A stretch of 64,000 nt of DNA from an uncultured Gammaproteobacteria bacterium (GCA_963805435.1 CAWDUG010000014.1:462382-526381), one strand, 5' to 3'. Counted from the stretch's first letter, positions 10,370-21,522 are shown. Numbers and translations: made by a program. Notes: generated from the sequence alone by a model not told the origin.

Positions 10370-10978
10370 ATGCGTCTGTTCGACTACCTCGACTCCGGCA
10401 ACGGCTATAAGGTTCGCCTGCTGCTCGCACAGCTCGGTCAGCGCTACGACTGGACCGAGCTCGACATCGACGCGGGTAAGACACGCACGCCCGAGTTTCT
10501 GCAGCGCAATCCGAACGGCCGTATTCCGACGCTCGAGCTCGACGACGGCACGAATCTCGCCGAGTCGAATGCCATCCTGTGGTATCTCGCCGAAGGCACG
10601 CCGTTCGTGCCCGCTGATCGGCTCGGTCGCGCGCAGGTGCTGCAATGGATGTTCTTCGAGCAATACAGCCACGAACCCTACGTCGCGACGCCACGCTACA
10701 TCGTGAAGCACCTGCCGCCGGATCACCCGCGGCGCGCGGAGTTGCCGGATCGCCTGGCGCGCGGGCGCGCCGCGCTCGCGGTCATGGAAGCACATCTCGA
10801 AGCGCGTCAGTTCTTCGTCGGCAAACGCTATTCCATCGCGGACATTGCGCTGTATGCGTACACACACGTTGCGCACGAAGGCGGCCACGACCTCGCGCCC
10901 TATCCGCAGGTGAACGCGTGGCTCAAACGCGTAGCCACGCAGCGGCGCCACGTTCCGCTGACTGCTCGTCCCGGCTGA
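10370..10978 (+). CDS. Glutathione S-transferase
   Basis: Intact 202-aa ORF with an N-terminal thioredoxin-like part (DSGNGYKVRLLL..., NPNGRIPTLELDDG, ESNAILWYL) and an alpha-helical C-terminal domain. Confidence 0.85.
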   Translation: MRLFDYLDSGNGYKVRLLLAQLGQRYDWTELDIDAGKTRTPEFLQRNPNGRIPTLELDDGTNLAESNAILWYLAEGTPFVPADRLGRAQVLQWMFFEQYSHEPYVATPRYIVKHLPPDHPRRAELPDRLARGRAALAVMEAHLEARQFFVGKRYSIADIALYAYTHVAHEGGHDLAPYPQVNAWLKRVATQRRHVPLTARPG

Positions 10979-11106
10979 GCGACGGCGACTGGCTTCACCG
11001 CTGACTGGGTCGGCTGCCGATTACCCGGTGAAGACTCTTGGGTTCCGGCACGCGTTGCGGTTACGCTTCCAGCGCCACCACCCTGGCGGTCCGGAGGGGA
11101 TCACGC

Positions 11107-12054
11107 ATGTTCACAGCCCGCATCGTGCTCGCCGCTGCAGCCTTGTCGCTGGCCTCCTCGGTTGCCGCGCAACGGGCCGCCAACGTCACCGGCCTCATCA
11201 AAGAGAATGCGCGCCAGCAAGTATCGCCGCACGTGACGGTCATCCTCGACGACAACGCGCCGTTGGTGCCGAACGTCGGTATCGTGGTCGGCGACCGCGC
11301 CACGCTGATCGTCGACACGGGGTTAGGCGAGCGCAATGGCCGAATCGTGCTGTCGGAGGCGCGCAAGGTCAGCAAGAACACAGAGTTCTACACGGCGGCC
11401 ACGCACTATCACCCCGAGCACGACCTGGGCGCCACCGCGTTCCCGGCCAGCACGAAGATGCTGCGCTGGCGCGCTCAACAGCAGGAGGCCGACGAGCTCG
11501 GTGGGGATATCACCAAGCGCTTCGCGGGGTTTTCGCCCGCGGTTGCGGAGCTCTTGAAGGACGCGAAGTTCCGCCCGGCCGACATCGTGTTCGACGACGC
11601 AATCGTGATTGACCTCGGCGGGGTGCACGTGCGCGTGTGGGGCGTGGGACCCACACACACGCGCGGCGACACCGTGTTCTTCGTCGAGGAAGACGAGGTC
11701 TTGCTCGCAGGTGACGTCGTCATGCCGGTGTTCGTGGCTGCGAACGGCCAGTCGTCGAGCATCACGAAGTGGCTCGCGGATCTCGACGAGTTCGACAAGC
11801 TGAATCCGACGAAGATCATCCCCGCGCACGGGCGCATGGGCGGCGTCGAGCTCGTCCGCCGCCAGCGGGAATATCTCGCCGCCGTTCAGAGCGGCGCTGC
11901 AGCTGCAAAACGCGAAGGCAAGTCTCTCGAGGACGCGACGAAGCAGCTGGCCGAGCCCATCGCGGCGAAGTTTCCCGATCTCGCACCCGGCGGCGGGCCG
12001 GCCAGCGGCCGCGTGACGGCGGCGATCCAGGCCGCCTACCGAGAAGCACGGTAA
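11107..12054 (+). CDS. Secreted MBL-fold metallo-hydrolase
   Basis: Frame of ORF 11038-12054; ATG 11107 gives the signal peptide MFTARIVLAAAALSLASSVAAQ. Metal-site motifs: ATHYHPEHD, HTRGD, IPAHG. Confidence 0.8.
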   Translation: MFTARIVLAAAALSLASSVAAQRAANVTGLIKENARQQVSPHVTVILDDNAPLVPNVGIVVGDRATLIVDTGLGERNGRIVLSEARKVSKNTEFYTAATHYHPEHDLGATAFPASTKMLRWRAQQQEADELGGDITKRFAGFSPAVAELLKDAKFRPADIVFDDAIVIDLGGVHVRVWGVGPTHTRGDTVFFVEEDEVLLAGDVVMPVFVAANGQSSSITKWLADLDEFDKLNPTKIIPAHGRMGGVELVRRQREYLAAVQSGAAAAKREGKSLEDATKQLAEPIAAKFPDLAPGGGPASGRVTAAIQAAYREAR

Positions 12055-12141
12055 CGCTGCTTGGCACGGCGCGGCGCGCGCGGTTCAGAATGCAGCGCAA
12101 CGGCGGCGCGGCTTCCGCGCCGTGTGAAGGGGGGACTCTGC

Positions 12142-13215
12142 ATGACCAAGCCATGGCTCGCGGCCGGCGCCGCGCTCGTATTCTCTGCGTCGCTGCAGGC
12201 GCAATCGCCACCTGAGATTCCGTACGACTCGGTGCCGAATTTCTTCAAGCTGCCGGAGAACACGTACTTCGGAGAAGTGTCCGGCATTGCGGTGAACTCG
12301 AAGCAGCACGTCTTCGTCCTGTCGCGCGGCAATACCAACGGCCCGGCGTACGGCGCGGCCGCGGCGCAGCTGCTCGAGTTCGATCAGAACGGCCGCTTCG
12401 TGCGCGAGATCGGCAAGAACCTGTATGCGTGGGCGTTCTCGCATACGGTCCGCGTCGATCGGCACGACGACGTCTGGGTGGCGGACAAGGGCTCGGACAT
12501 GGTCGTGCGCTTCGACCCGGCGGGCCGCGTCAAGATGGTGTTCGGCAGAAAGCCGGAGGCGTCGGACGAGGGCGCGCACCCGCTCGAGCATCCGCGCCCG
12601 CCGCTGCCGCCGATCGACGGCCAGTTCCGCCAGGTCACGGACGTCGCCTGGGATTCCGCCGACAACATCTACATCAGCGACGGCTACATCAATTCACGTG
12701 TCGCCAAGTACGACAAAGACGGTAACTGGGCCGGCACGTTCGGCGAGCCGGGCACGGGGCCGGGGCAGTACAGCACGCTGCATTCCATGGTCATCGATCG
12801 GCAGGATCGCATCTACATCGCGGACCGCAACAACCGCCGCATTCAGGTCACGGATACCTCGGGCAAGGTGCTGAAGATCATCACGATCGACGTGCCGCCG
12901 CCGGCGAACGCGCCGTTCGCCATCGGCAACCGGCCCGCGCCGGGCAGCCCACCAATCCAGCAACAGCCAGGCTCGCCGTGGGCCATCTGTATCACGCCGG
13001 GTCCGCAGCAGGTGCTGTACGTATCGGATGCGTTCCCCGGGCGGATCTACAAGCTGTCGCTCGACGGGCAAGTGCTCGGCATGTTGGGCGGCACCGGCAA
13101 GTTGCTCGGCAAGTTCGGCTGGATCCACGAGCTCGCGTGTCCGAGCGAGAACGAGCTATATGTGGCGGAGCTATTGAACTGGCGCGCACAGAAGCTCTTA
13201 CTGCATCCGCGTTGA
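12142..13215 (+). CDS. Secreted NHL-repeat beta-propeller protein
   Basis: Frame of ORF 12061-13215; ATG 12142 gives the signal peptide MTKPWLAAGAALVFSASLQAQ. Repeats of NHL type: VWVADKGSDMVVRFDP, IYISDGYINSRVAKYDKDG, IYIADRNNRRIQVTD, LYVSDAFPGRIYKLSLDG. Confidence 0.75.
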   Translation: MTKPWLAAGAALVFSASLQAQSPPEIPYDSVPNFFKLPENTYFGEVSGIAVNSKQHVFVLSRGNTNGPAYGAAAAQLLEFDQNGRFVREIGKNLYAWAFSHTVRVDRHDDVWVADKGSDMVVRFDPAGRVKMVFGRKPEASDEGAHPLEHPRPPLPPIDGQFRQVTDVAWDSADNIYISDGYINSRVAKYDKDGNWAGTFGEPGTGPGQYSTLHSMVIDRQDRIYIADRNNRRIQVTDTSGKVLKIITIDVPPPANAPFAIGNRPAPGSPPIQQQPGSPWAICITPGPQQVLYVSDAFPGRIYKLSLDGQVLGMLGGTGKLLGKFGWIHELACPSENELYVAELLNWRAQKLLLHPR

Positions 13216-13230
13216 CGGGAGGTGACGACC

Positions 13231-14740
13231 ATGACGGCGAAGCGTGCGGTTCTTTTGTTGCTGGCGGCCGGCAGCGCCGCCATTGCCGTCGCAGGCTGCA
13301 ATGCCAGAGCACCCGCGGCGAGCGCGGTCGAGCCGGCGCCCGCTCCGACGACGTATCAAAGCGTCGTGAACATGCGGCTCGTCGCGCACGACGATCTACA
13401 GGCACGCTCGGCGTATCAGCCGGTCATCCACCGCTACGGGGATCGGTACATCCTGTTCGTCGGCCACCACTCGGGCTCGGCCATGAATCCGCAGACCGGC
13501 AACGTCGAGAAGAACGGCCTCTCGCTCGTCGACGTCACGAATCCGGCCGCGCCAGAGTACCTCGCGCACGTCCCGCCCACCGGCGACGAAGCAAACGGCA
13601 CGCAGCACGTGCAGGTGTGCGATGGCCGCGATCTGCCGCACGGCGATCCAACGAAGGTCTATGCGATTCGCACGAACGGCCAGGTGGGCTACGAGGTACT
13701 CGACGTGACGGACCCGGCCAAGCCGGCATTCCTCGACGACGATCGCAGCCACGGGCACGTCGTCGCGGCCGAAATCCGATCGCGGCGATCGCGAGACTCA
13801 CAAGTTCCAGTGGGATTGCGCGACGGGCGTCGCGTACATGAACGGCACGGCGCAGGGTTGGCGCGTGACGCGAGTGCTACAGGCGTTCGACGTGAGCGAT
13901 CCGAAGGCGCCGAAGCACATCCGCGACTTCGGCCTTGCGGGATACGAGCCGACGGCCGCGGGGCCGTTCCCGGAGCCGCAGGTCGCGGGCTTGCACCAGC
14001 CGTTCGTCGTCGGCGAGCGCATGTACTTGGGCTACAACAGCGGGGACGACGGCGTGCTGCAGATCGTCGACACCGACAAGTTCCTGCACGGCGACGCCGC
14101 CGCGCAAGATCCGTTGAAGCCCACGGCGGAGAATCTGCGCTACCCCGAGATTGCGCGCTACGACATGCCGAGCTACTGGGGCGTGCACACGGCGAAACCG
14201 ATCTACGGCTTTACGATCGCCGACTACGCCGACAATCGCGATGCGCGCACGCGCGATCTGCTGCTCGTGTCGTCGGAGTCGGAGACGTTCCGTTGCCAGG
14301 AACCGCGCGACGTCATGACGATCTTCGACATCACCGAGGAACGGCATCCGAGTCCGATCGCGACGTTCCAGGTGCCGGAAGAGCCCGGCGACTTCTGCCA
14401 CCGCGGCGGCCGTTTCGGCCCACACTCGTTTGCCGACGCGTACAACCCGAAGTTCGACAAGACGCTAGTGGTGCTCGCCTACTTCAACGCCGGCGTGCGC
14501 GTGGTCGACATTCGCAACCCGTTCGAGCCGAAAGAAGTGGCGCGCTTCATCCCGCAGATCACGGCGAACACGACCGAGTCGTGCATCGAGATTGACGGCA
14601 AGCGCGAGTGCGAGAGGGCGATTCAGACCAACAACGTGAACGTGGACGACCGCGGCTACATCTATGCGCTCGATCGCGCCTCGACCGGGCTGCACATACT
14701 CGAGCTGACCGGCGCGGCGCGCGCGATCGCGGCGCTCTGA
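13231..14740 (+). pseudogene. Lipoprotein, LVIVD-repeat-like beta-propeller; one frame break
   Basis: ORFs 13222-14595 (first ~170 codons meaningful) and 13838-14740 join if one base near 13735 is dropped (..AKPAFL/TTIAATG..). Lipobox AVAGC. Repeat-like strings VLAYFNAGVRVVDIRNP and YIYALDRASTGLHILEL. The family call is my recognition. Confidence 0.6.
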
Positions 14741-14744
14741 CGCG

Positions 14745-15683
14745 TCACGCGAAGCTGAGCTCGCCGCGCGCCCGGCGTTCCTGCGGCAGCAGACACGTGT
14801 AGAGGAACGAGTGTAGCGGTGTCGGCACGTCGTGCCGCGCGCCGAGTCGTACGACGGCGCCCGTCCATGCATCGAGCTCCGAGCGTTTGCCTGCGCCGAT
14901 GTCGCGCTGCAACGACGACGTGCCCTCGGGCGTGGCGGCGTCGAGCAGGGCGAGCGCCCGGTCTACCGCGCCCGGCGCGAGCTGCACGCGGTTCGCGCGT
15001 GCCACGGCTTCGACTTCGCGCATGCCCGCGGCCATCAGCGCGCGCGTCTCGCGTGTCTTCATGAGTATGCCGATGGGCGCGTGAGTCACGGCACCCAAGC
15101 TGCCGAACGGCACGACGAGCAACAGCTTCTCCCACAGCGCCGCGCGAATGTCGTCGGGCACGGCCGCGTCGACGCCGGCTTTTGCGAACGCGTCGCGCAG
15201 CGCCAACGCGCGTGACGTCTTGGTGCCGTCGAGCTCGCCGAAGCGAATGAAGGTCACGCCGCCGAGATGACGCACGTGGCCGGGCCCTTCGATCAAGCTG
15301 AAGCCTGCGCACAAGCCGCCGCCCGCGTACTGCAGGCCCAGTGCTCGCGCGAGCTCGTCGGGCGTTTCGACGCCGTTTTGCAACGGCACGATCAGGGTGT
15401 CGTGCTTTAGAAGCGGCTTGAGCTTCGGCGCGAGCGCGGCGACCTGCCACGTTTTGACGCCAAGCAGCACGTAGTCCACCGTGCCGAACGTTGCCGGGTC
15501 GTCGCTGACCTGCGCGGGCCGAATCAGCATGTCGCCCTGCACGCTGTCGACGCGCAGGCCGTGTTCGCGGATCGCGTCGAGATGAGAGCCGCGCGCGATG
15601 AACACCACGTCGTTGCCCGCGGCTGCGAGTCGCGCCCCGAAATACGCGCCCACGCCGCCCACTCCCACTACCGCCACGCGCAT
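14745..15683 (-). CDS. 2-dehydropantoate 2-reductase family (PanE/ApbA-like) oxidoreductase
   Basis: Frame of ORF 14745-15734; ATG 15683 gives the Rossmann N-terminus MRVAVVGVGGVGAYFGARLA. About 312 aa. Confidence 0.7.
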   Translation of the reverse strand: MRVAVVGVGGVGAYFGARLAAAGNDVVFIARGSHLDAIREHGLRVDSVQGDMLIRPAQVSDDPATFGTVDYVLLGVKTWQVAALAPKLKPLLKHDTLIVPLQNGVETPDELARALGLQYAGGGLCAGFSLIEGPGHVRHLGGVTFIRFGELDGTKTSRALALRDAFAKAGVDAAVPDDIRAALWEKLLLVVPFGSLGAVTHAPIGILMKTRETRALMAAGMREVEAVARANRVQLAPGAVDRALALLDAATPEGTSSLQRDIGAGKRSELDAWTGAVVRLGARHDVPTPLHSFLYTCLLPQERRARGELSFA

Positions 15684-15815
15684 CGTCGATCTCCTTGCGG
15701 CCGTATCGTAGTGGAGCGCAGGCGGCGCCACCAATAGCTGCGACGGCAGGCGTGCCCGTCAGACCGGCGGGACCGGGCACGTTACAAGACGGTCGATATC
15801 CTTGGCTTCGTGAGT

Positions 15816-15852
15816 AAAGAAAAAGGGCGTTGGCGATCGCTCGCCAACGCCC
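15816..15852 (-). terminator. Rho-independent terminator of the TonB-dependent receptor gene
   Basis: Perfect 12-bp stem GGGCGTTGGCGA (15825-15836) / TCGCCAACGCCC (15841-15852) with a 4-nt loop. On the minus strand it is followed by TTTTTCTTT, and it lies 25 nt after the stop at 15877. Confidence 0.85.
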
Positions 15853-15876
15853 CGTCTCCCGACTCGGAAATGGCCG

Positions 15877-18273
15877 TTACTTCAGCTTGAAGTTCATCTG
15901 CACGCCGAACTCACGCGGCCGACCCACCGTGGCGAAGTCGAACGCCCAGATGCCGTGGAAGAACCCCGAGTTGATCAGGCGCTCGTTCGTGAGGTTCGTA
16001 CCGAACACGGAGAGGTTCCAGTCGGCATTGGCCGGCTCGTACGTCATGCGCAGGTTCGTGATACCCGAGCCGCCGCTCTCGTCGAAGCCCGCCGGCACCG
16101 CAGGCGCCCAGAACGACGTTCGCAGGAACGTCAGCGATCGCCAGAACTGCGACTGGTACAGGTAGTCGAGCCGCGTGACGAGCTGCGAGCCGCCCTTCAA
16201 GTCTGCGTTGTACTGGACGCCCAAGCTGCCGGTGTTCTTCGGCGCCTGTTGGAACGCGCTGTTCGTGTCGAGGAACAGTGCACCCTGCCGGATGCTCGTG
16301 TACGCCGTGTCGAGGTAGCCCAGGTTCACATTGAACAGCAGTTTGTCGGTCGGCACGATCGTCATCTCGAGCTCGGCGCCTCGGGCGCGCGCCGAGCCGA
16401 CGTTCGTCGTGTTCAGAGATGGCAGCTGGTGGCCCTGCGCGTCGAGCACCGGGCCGAGCGCCTGGACGTCATCCCAGATCGTGTTGAACAACGTTGCGTT
16501 CAAGCGCAGGTGCTTGTTCGCGAGGTCCGAGCGAATGCCGATCTCGGTGTTCTTCAGCGTCTGCGGCTTGTAGACCGAGATTTTGAATATGCCGTCCGAC
16601 GGATCGAGAAACCCCGTCGCGCCACCCGAGTTGAAGCCCTCCGAGTAGCCGACATAGCCCATGACGTTGTCGCTGAATTGATCCTGCAACGTCAGCCGGG
16701 CGGTGTTCTTGTCGAAGCTCGACGGTGTATCCACCTGGCCGACCGAAGAGCCCACGAAGATGTCACCCTCGAAACGCTGGTTGGCGGTGGCTGGCTTCGG
16801 CGCCGTGACTCCCGGCACGATCGTCAGCGGCAGCACGTCGTCGTTCTGCTTGTGGTGACGCAGGCCGACCGTCAGATCGAGCTTCTTCGTGAGGCTGATC
16901 GTCGCCTCGCCGAACAGCGCGGAGCCGTCTTCCGTGTACTGGGTCAGCGAGTCGGTCCGGCCGCCGGGGCCGGTGGCGTTGTCGTACACCTGTTGGCAAT
17001 TCAGCAGCGCGGTCTGGGCGGCGGCGTCCTGGCAGGTTTGGCTGTTCAGCACGGTCTGGAAGTCATACAGGCCCGAGACGAACTCCTCGAGCTGATAGCG
17101 CGAGAAGCCGCGCACGCGGTTCAGCTGGTTCCAGTAGTACGCGCCGCCGACCCACTTGATGCGACCGGTGCCGCCGGACAGCTGGATTTCCTGGCTCGAG
17201 ACGCGGAGCCGATTCTGGTTCACGTCTTCGACGAGCTGATACTGGCTGTTGTCCCAGTCGACGATGCTACGAACGTCCTGGAAGGTCTGCGCGGTGATGA
17301 ACTGTAGCTTCATCGTCTGGCCGAAGTTCCATGTCACATCGGAGGAGAACTGTTTCGTCTGAATGGTGTTCGGGAGAGTGATTTCCGAGCGGTCCTGCCA
17401 CGCGCCGACCTGGCCGCCGGCGTAGCCCGCCGTCTGCGTCGTCGCGTTGAACGGCGCTAGACCCGCGAGCCCGTAGAAGTCGATAGAGCCCACGGCCTGA
17501 CCGGCTTCCGCGAGCGTACCGTGGAAGATGGCGTCCTGGATGCGCGGTTCGGTGAACTGATTGTTGTCGGTCTGGTAGTTGAAGCGCCACGTCAGCTTGT
17601 CGGTGGGCATCCACAGGATGTCGCCATGAAACACCTTCTGATCGATGCCGCCGTTGTTCAAGCCGGTGGTCAAGTCGTGGACGTAGCCGTCGCGATACAA
17701 GTCGGCGACCGTCCACTTCGTGAGCAGCTTGTCAGTGATCGGAATGTTCACCGAGGCCTTCACGTCGCGCCGGTCGAGCGAACCGATGGTGCCGGTCAAA
17801 TCGGCGCCGAAGTCCTGCGACGGCTTCTTGGTCCAGATGCGCAACGCGCCGCCGGTGGAGTCGCGGCCGAACGTGGTCCCCTGCGGGCCGCGCAGCACCT
17901 CGATGCGGTCGATATCCACGAATTCCTGGGTCAGTAGCCCGGCCGTACCGACCTGCCACACGCCGTCGACGTACGTGCCGACGTTCGGGATGCCGCGCAC
18001 GGTGAAGTTCGTGCCCGACGTGCCGCCGCCGCCGCCCGTGATGACCAGGTTCGGGATGGCTTGGCTCACGCGCTCGAGCGAATCGAGACCGCGCATCTCG
18101 AGGCTTTCGCCCGTGACGGCCACGATCGAGATCGGTACCTGCTGCAGATTCGCTTCACGCCGCGTCGCCGTGACCACGATTTCCTCGAGGCCTTTCTCCT
18201 GAGCGAATGACGGAAATGCAACAACCGCCGGTAGGACAGACGCTAGAACACATCCTATTGATTTATGACGCAT
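15877..18273 (-). CDS. TonB-dependent receptor (~799 aa)
   Basis: Frame of ORF 15877-18372; ATG 18273 (GAGGGA upstream) gives the signal peptide MRHKSIGCVLASVLPAVVAFPSFAQ. Plug domain (LEEIVVTATRREANLQQVPISIVAVTG, IEVLRGPQGTTFGRDSTGGALRIW) and a long beta-barrel. Confidence 0.9.
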   Translation of the reverse strand: MRHKSIGCVLASVLPAVVAFPSFAQEKGLEEIVVTATRREANLQQVPISIVAVTGESLEMRGLDSLERVSQAIPNLVITGGGGGTSGTNFTVRGIPNVGTYVDGVWQVGTAGLLTQEFVDIDRIEVLRGPQGTTFGRDSTGGALRIWTKKPSQDFGADLTGTIGSLDRRDVKASVNIPITDKLLTKWTVADLYRDGYVHDLTTGLNNGGIDQKVFHGDILWMPTDKLTWRFNYQTDNNQFTEPRIQDAIFHGTLAEAGQAVGSIDFYGLAGLAPFNATTQTAGYAGGQVGAWQDRSEITLPNTIQTKQFSSDVTWNFGQTMKLQFITAQTFQDVRSIVDWDNSQYQLVEDVNQNRLRVSSQEIQLSGGTGRIKWVGGAYYWNQLNRVRGFSRYQLEEFVSGLYDFQTVLNSQTCQDAAAQTALLNCQQVYDNATGPGGRTDSLTQYTEDGSALFGEATISLTKKLDLTVGLRHHKQNDDVLPLTIVPGVTAPKPATANQRFEGDIFVGSSVGQVDTPSSFDKNTARLTLQDQFSDNVMGYVGYSEGFNSGGATGFLDPSDGIFKISVYKPQTLKNTEIGIRSDLANKHLRLNATLFNTIWDDVQALGPVLDAQGHQLPSLNTTNVGSARARGAELEMTIVPTDKLLFNVNLGYLDTAYTSIRQGALFLDTNSAFQQAPKNTGSLGVQYNADLKGGSQLVTRLDYLYQSQFWRSLTFLRTSFWAPAVPAGFDESGGSGITNLRMTYEPANADWNLSVFGTNLTNERLINSGFFHGIWAFDFATVGRPREFGVQMNFKLK

Positions 18274-18558
18274 ATATCCCTCACGCAAGTTGAAACGGAT
18301 CCCTTCTGTGCCGGTCTCGCGACACAGTCGCCGGAAGGCTCGGGGATCGTGTGCCGGCACAATGCAGGACACAAATTAAACTTCCTTAACCTGGGCTTGG
18401 GGAAAGTTGAGCCATCGTGGCGCGGAGCGCGTCGTGACTCACACGTTGTGTGCTGCCGACGCGATTGGACGGTGCGTTCCGTTCCGCAAGCACGCGGCGT
18501 TCCGTCGCGCTCGAGGGCGCTTTTACGACGACCGGCGAGAAAGTGGCGGCGTAGCGCG

Positions 18559-21395
18559 TCAGCGACGCGTACTGGCGGGTGGCAGTGCCGCTCGCGCGTC
18601 GAACTTCGTCTCGAACCAGTCGATGAAATCGCCGATGTCTGACCTCGCCTTGGGAGCGAGCGCGGCGATAAACGCGCGCGCGTCGTCGGTCTTACCGTTC
18701 CTGGCGAGCAGGTACAGCAGCAGGCTCGCGCGACCGGTCGAGAGTTTCCCGTCCGCGGCGCTCATGGAGCGCGCAAAGGTCTGCAATGCGCCTGCGTAGT
18801 CGCGTTGCGCGAGGCGGCCGAGTGCGAGCTCGATCGCAACGTCGGCCCGCACGATACCTCGCTCTGCGAGTGCGAGAGCGTTTCTCTGCGCGTCCCGATC
18901 GGTGCCGAGCAGCCACAGCGGCAGCGTTTCGAGACGGCTGTTCGTGAGCACGTCGTCGACAGATTCCCACAGGACAGACGGGTCTGTGGCCGGGTACACT
19001 CCTGCGGTGAAGTGATCCTTGATCAGGCCTTCGTAGTGGAAGTACGGCAGCGTCTGCGCGGCGAGCTCCCGCGGCCAAACGCGCTCGATGAATTCGCTGT
19101 GCTCGAAACGCGCGAGCCGCTCGCGCTCGTCCATGACCGCTGCGTAGAGCGGAACGCGCCGCGGGTCGCCGACCAGCTCGCTCGAAATCCGCAACGGGTA
19201 GTTATCGGTGACCGGCGGCAGATTTGCGGTGATGCTGGCAAGATAGGGCGCATCGCCCATGAAGAGCGCGCCCATCTGCTCCGGCAGCTCGAAGCCGAGT
19301 GCCACGAGCTCGCGGCGCACCCGCTCGTCGCGCCATTGCGCGGTGAACGTGTCGGTCGGCACACGGTTGGTCGCGCCGTTGCCGCCCATCAGCATCCACT
19401 CGAGTCCCGCGCCGTCCCACAGCGTGCAGTCCTCGAACACGTTGCAGAACGCCTTGATGATCGCGAGCGTGTCGAGCGGCTGGAGCTGGTGCACGGGAAG
19501 CCAGTACGTCGTGTGACCGTTCGGTGTCAGGTGATCGCGAATTGCCTGGAAGTACTCCTGCGTATAGAGATTGACGACGCCGGCGACCTTCGGCGGCGGC
19601 GGCTCTGATGTGATCAGATCGTATTTGCGCGCGTGCGTGGCGAGGTAAAAACGGCCGTCCTCGATGTGGACGTTCACGCGCGGGTCGTGCAGCGGGTTGT
19701 CGGCGTCGGAGTAGACGACCGAGCTCATCGCGAGGATCTCGCGCGAGATGTCGACCACGTCGATGTGTTGCAAGCGGGAAGAATCGGTCAACGCCTTGGC
19801 CGTGGAGCCCACGCCGTAGCTGATCAGCAGCGCGTCGTGCGCGTCAGCCTGAAGCGCGAGCGGCAGGTACACGTACAGCTTCATGTAGCGCTTGCCGATG
19901 ACCGTCGTCGCGGACATCGAGTAGCCGTTTGTCACGAGGCGGTAGTACGCCGGCGCGTCGAACACATCGCGGCGGTAGTAGCGCAGCGTCTCGGTGAGAC
20001 CTTCGCGCGTCGCGATCAGCTTGTGCTCCGGCAGTGCGCGTTCGACGATCTTGAAGAACGAGCGCTCCATGAGCCCGAACGGGAACAGCACGAGCGCCAC
20101 GGCGGTGATCGCGATCGCGCCCCAGGCCGAGCGCGCGGACTGGGTACTTTCCGCGGTTCGCGGCGCCGGCACGAGCAGGGAGGTGGCGCAATACGCAGCC
20201 GCGAGCGCGAACAGCGAGCGTTCCATGCCGAGCGTCGGTAGCAGCACGAAGCCAGCCGCGAGCGAGCCCACCGTCGCGCCGATCGTGTTCCACAAAGCGA
20301 CGAGCCCCGTCGTGCGCATCGACCCACCGAGCTCCTGCTTGACCGCGTGCGCCCCGAGCGTGAAGGCGGTGCCGGACAGCAACGACACGGGCAGCATCAG
20401 GAACACGGCGAAACCCACGAACACAGGCAGCGTCGCGCTCTGGCGAAAGAGCTCCGCCGTGAACAGATCGAAGCCGTAGTACGTGGCCACGACCATGAGG
20501 CCGCTGAATGCCGTCACGTGCGCCAGCCAGCGGTGGCAGCGCTCATCGCGGTGCGCGAGCTTGCCGGCGGCCAAGCCGCCAAGGCCGATGCCCGCGAGCA
20601 CGATGGTCAGCATCACGGCGAACGTGAGCCCGGTGCCGGTGTACGTGAGCAGCAGGAATCGGAACCACACGACCTCGAGCGCGAGCATGACCGCGCCGGA
20701 CAGCAGCGCGACGCAGAGATAGCGATACGTTCGCGTCGAGAACGGCGTCGAAGACGGTGCAGCCGCCGGTGCGGCGGCGGGTTCGGCGGCGAGACGCAAC
20801 GCCATCGCGCCGGCGGCGAGATTCAGCAGCATCGCAATAAGGCCCGTGCTCGTGATGCCGAAGAGGCGCACGAGCATCGCTTCGGTGCCGATCGCGCCGA
20901 GCATCGCGCCGAGCGTGTTCCAGCCGTAGAGCTTGCCTACGGTGGCGCCGAAGCTCGGGTTCGATCGCGACAGGGCTTCGGTCAGGAGCGGCAGTGTCGC
21001 GCCCATCGCCGTCGTTGGCAGCACGAGCAGCGCGAATGCGCTGCCAAGGCGCGCGGTGTTCAGAAGCCCAAGGAGTGTCCGCGACGGTCACGAACAGCGG
21101 ACCGAGGGCGCCTGAAAGGTCGCGGCAGGGCGAGCACGACGAGGAAGCTGCCGACGCCGATCGCGAGCTCGAGCAGCGCGTACAGCCTGATCGGATCCGC
21201 GACTCGCGAGTAGAACCTTGCGACCAGGCCGTTGCCGAGCGTGAGGCCGCCCATGAATGCCGCGAGCACGAGGCTTGCGCTCCAGACGCTGTTGCCGAGC
21301 GAGAGCCCCGCGAGCCGGAACCACAGGGTCTCGAACGTCAGCCCGGCGATACCGGACACGAAGAAGATCGGGACCAACGCGTTGGGTATTCGCAT
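18559..21395 (-). pseudogene. Fused polytopic membrane (MFS-like) / spermidine-synthase-like / TPR-like protein; frame broken twice
   Basis: ORFs 21060-21431, a short part of 20543-21091, and 18559-21024 join if one base is dropped near 21119 and 21073 (..ALPR/LSGALGPLFVTVADT/LGLLNTARLG..). Many TM helices are followed by a SAM-MTase/aminopropyltransferase-like core (LLISYGVGSTAKAL, DVVDISREI, YDLITSEPPPP) and a helical repeat tail. Start is ATG 21395 or 21431. Confidence 0.75.
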
Positions 21396-21522
21396 TCCTC
21401 GGGAGGGCTGCATTAGGTCAAACGCGGTCATTCTGCCCGGTCCGGCGGGCCGAGCACCGGACCCAGTTCACGGCCGGCGTGCGGCGAGCGCGCGAACTCG
21501 AGGGATACGAGAGGAGGCCGAG

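Noticed and set aside
18308-18323. B12-box-like string (minus strand GTCGCGAGACCGGCAC) in the 285-nt leader of the 799-aa TonB-dependent receptor; possible cobalamin riboswitch
   Set aside because: Only a partial match to the B12 box. I could not find the other conserved cobalamin-riboswitch elements or a convincing multi-stem fold, and the receptor is much larger than BtuB. A cmscan with RF00174 would settle it.
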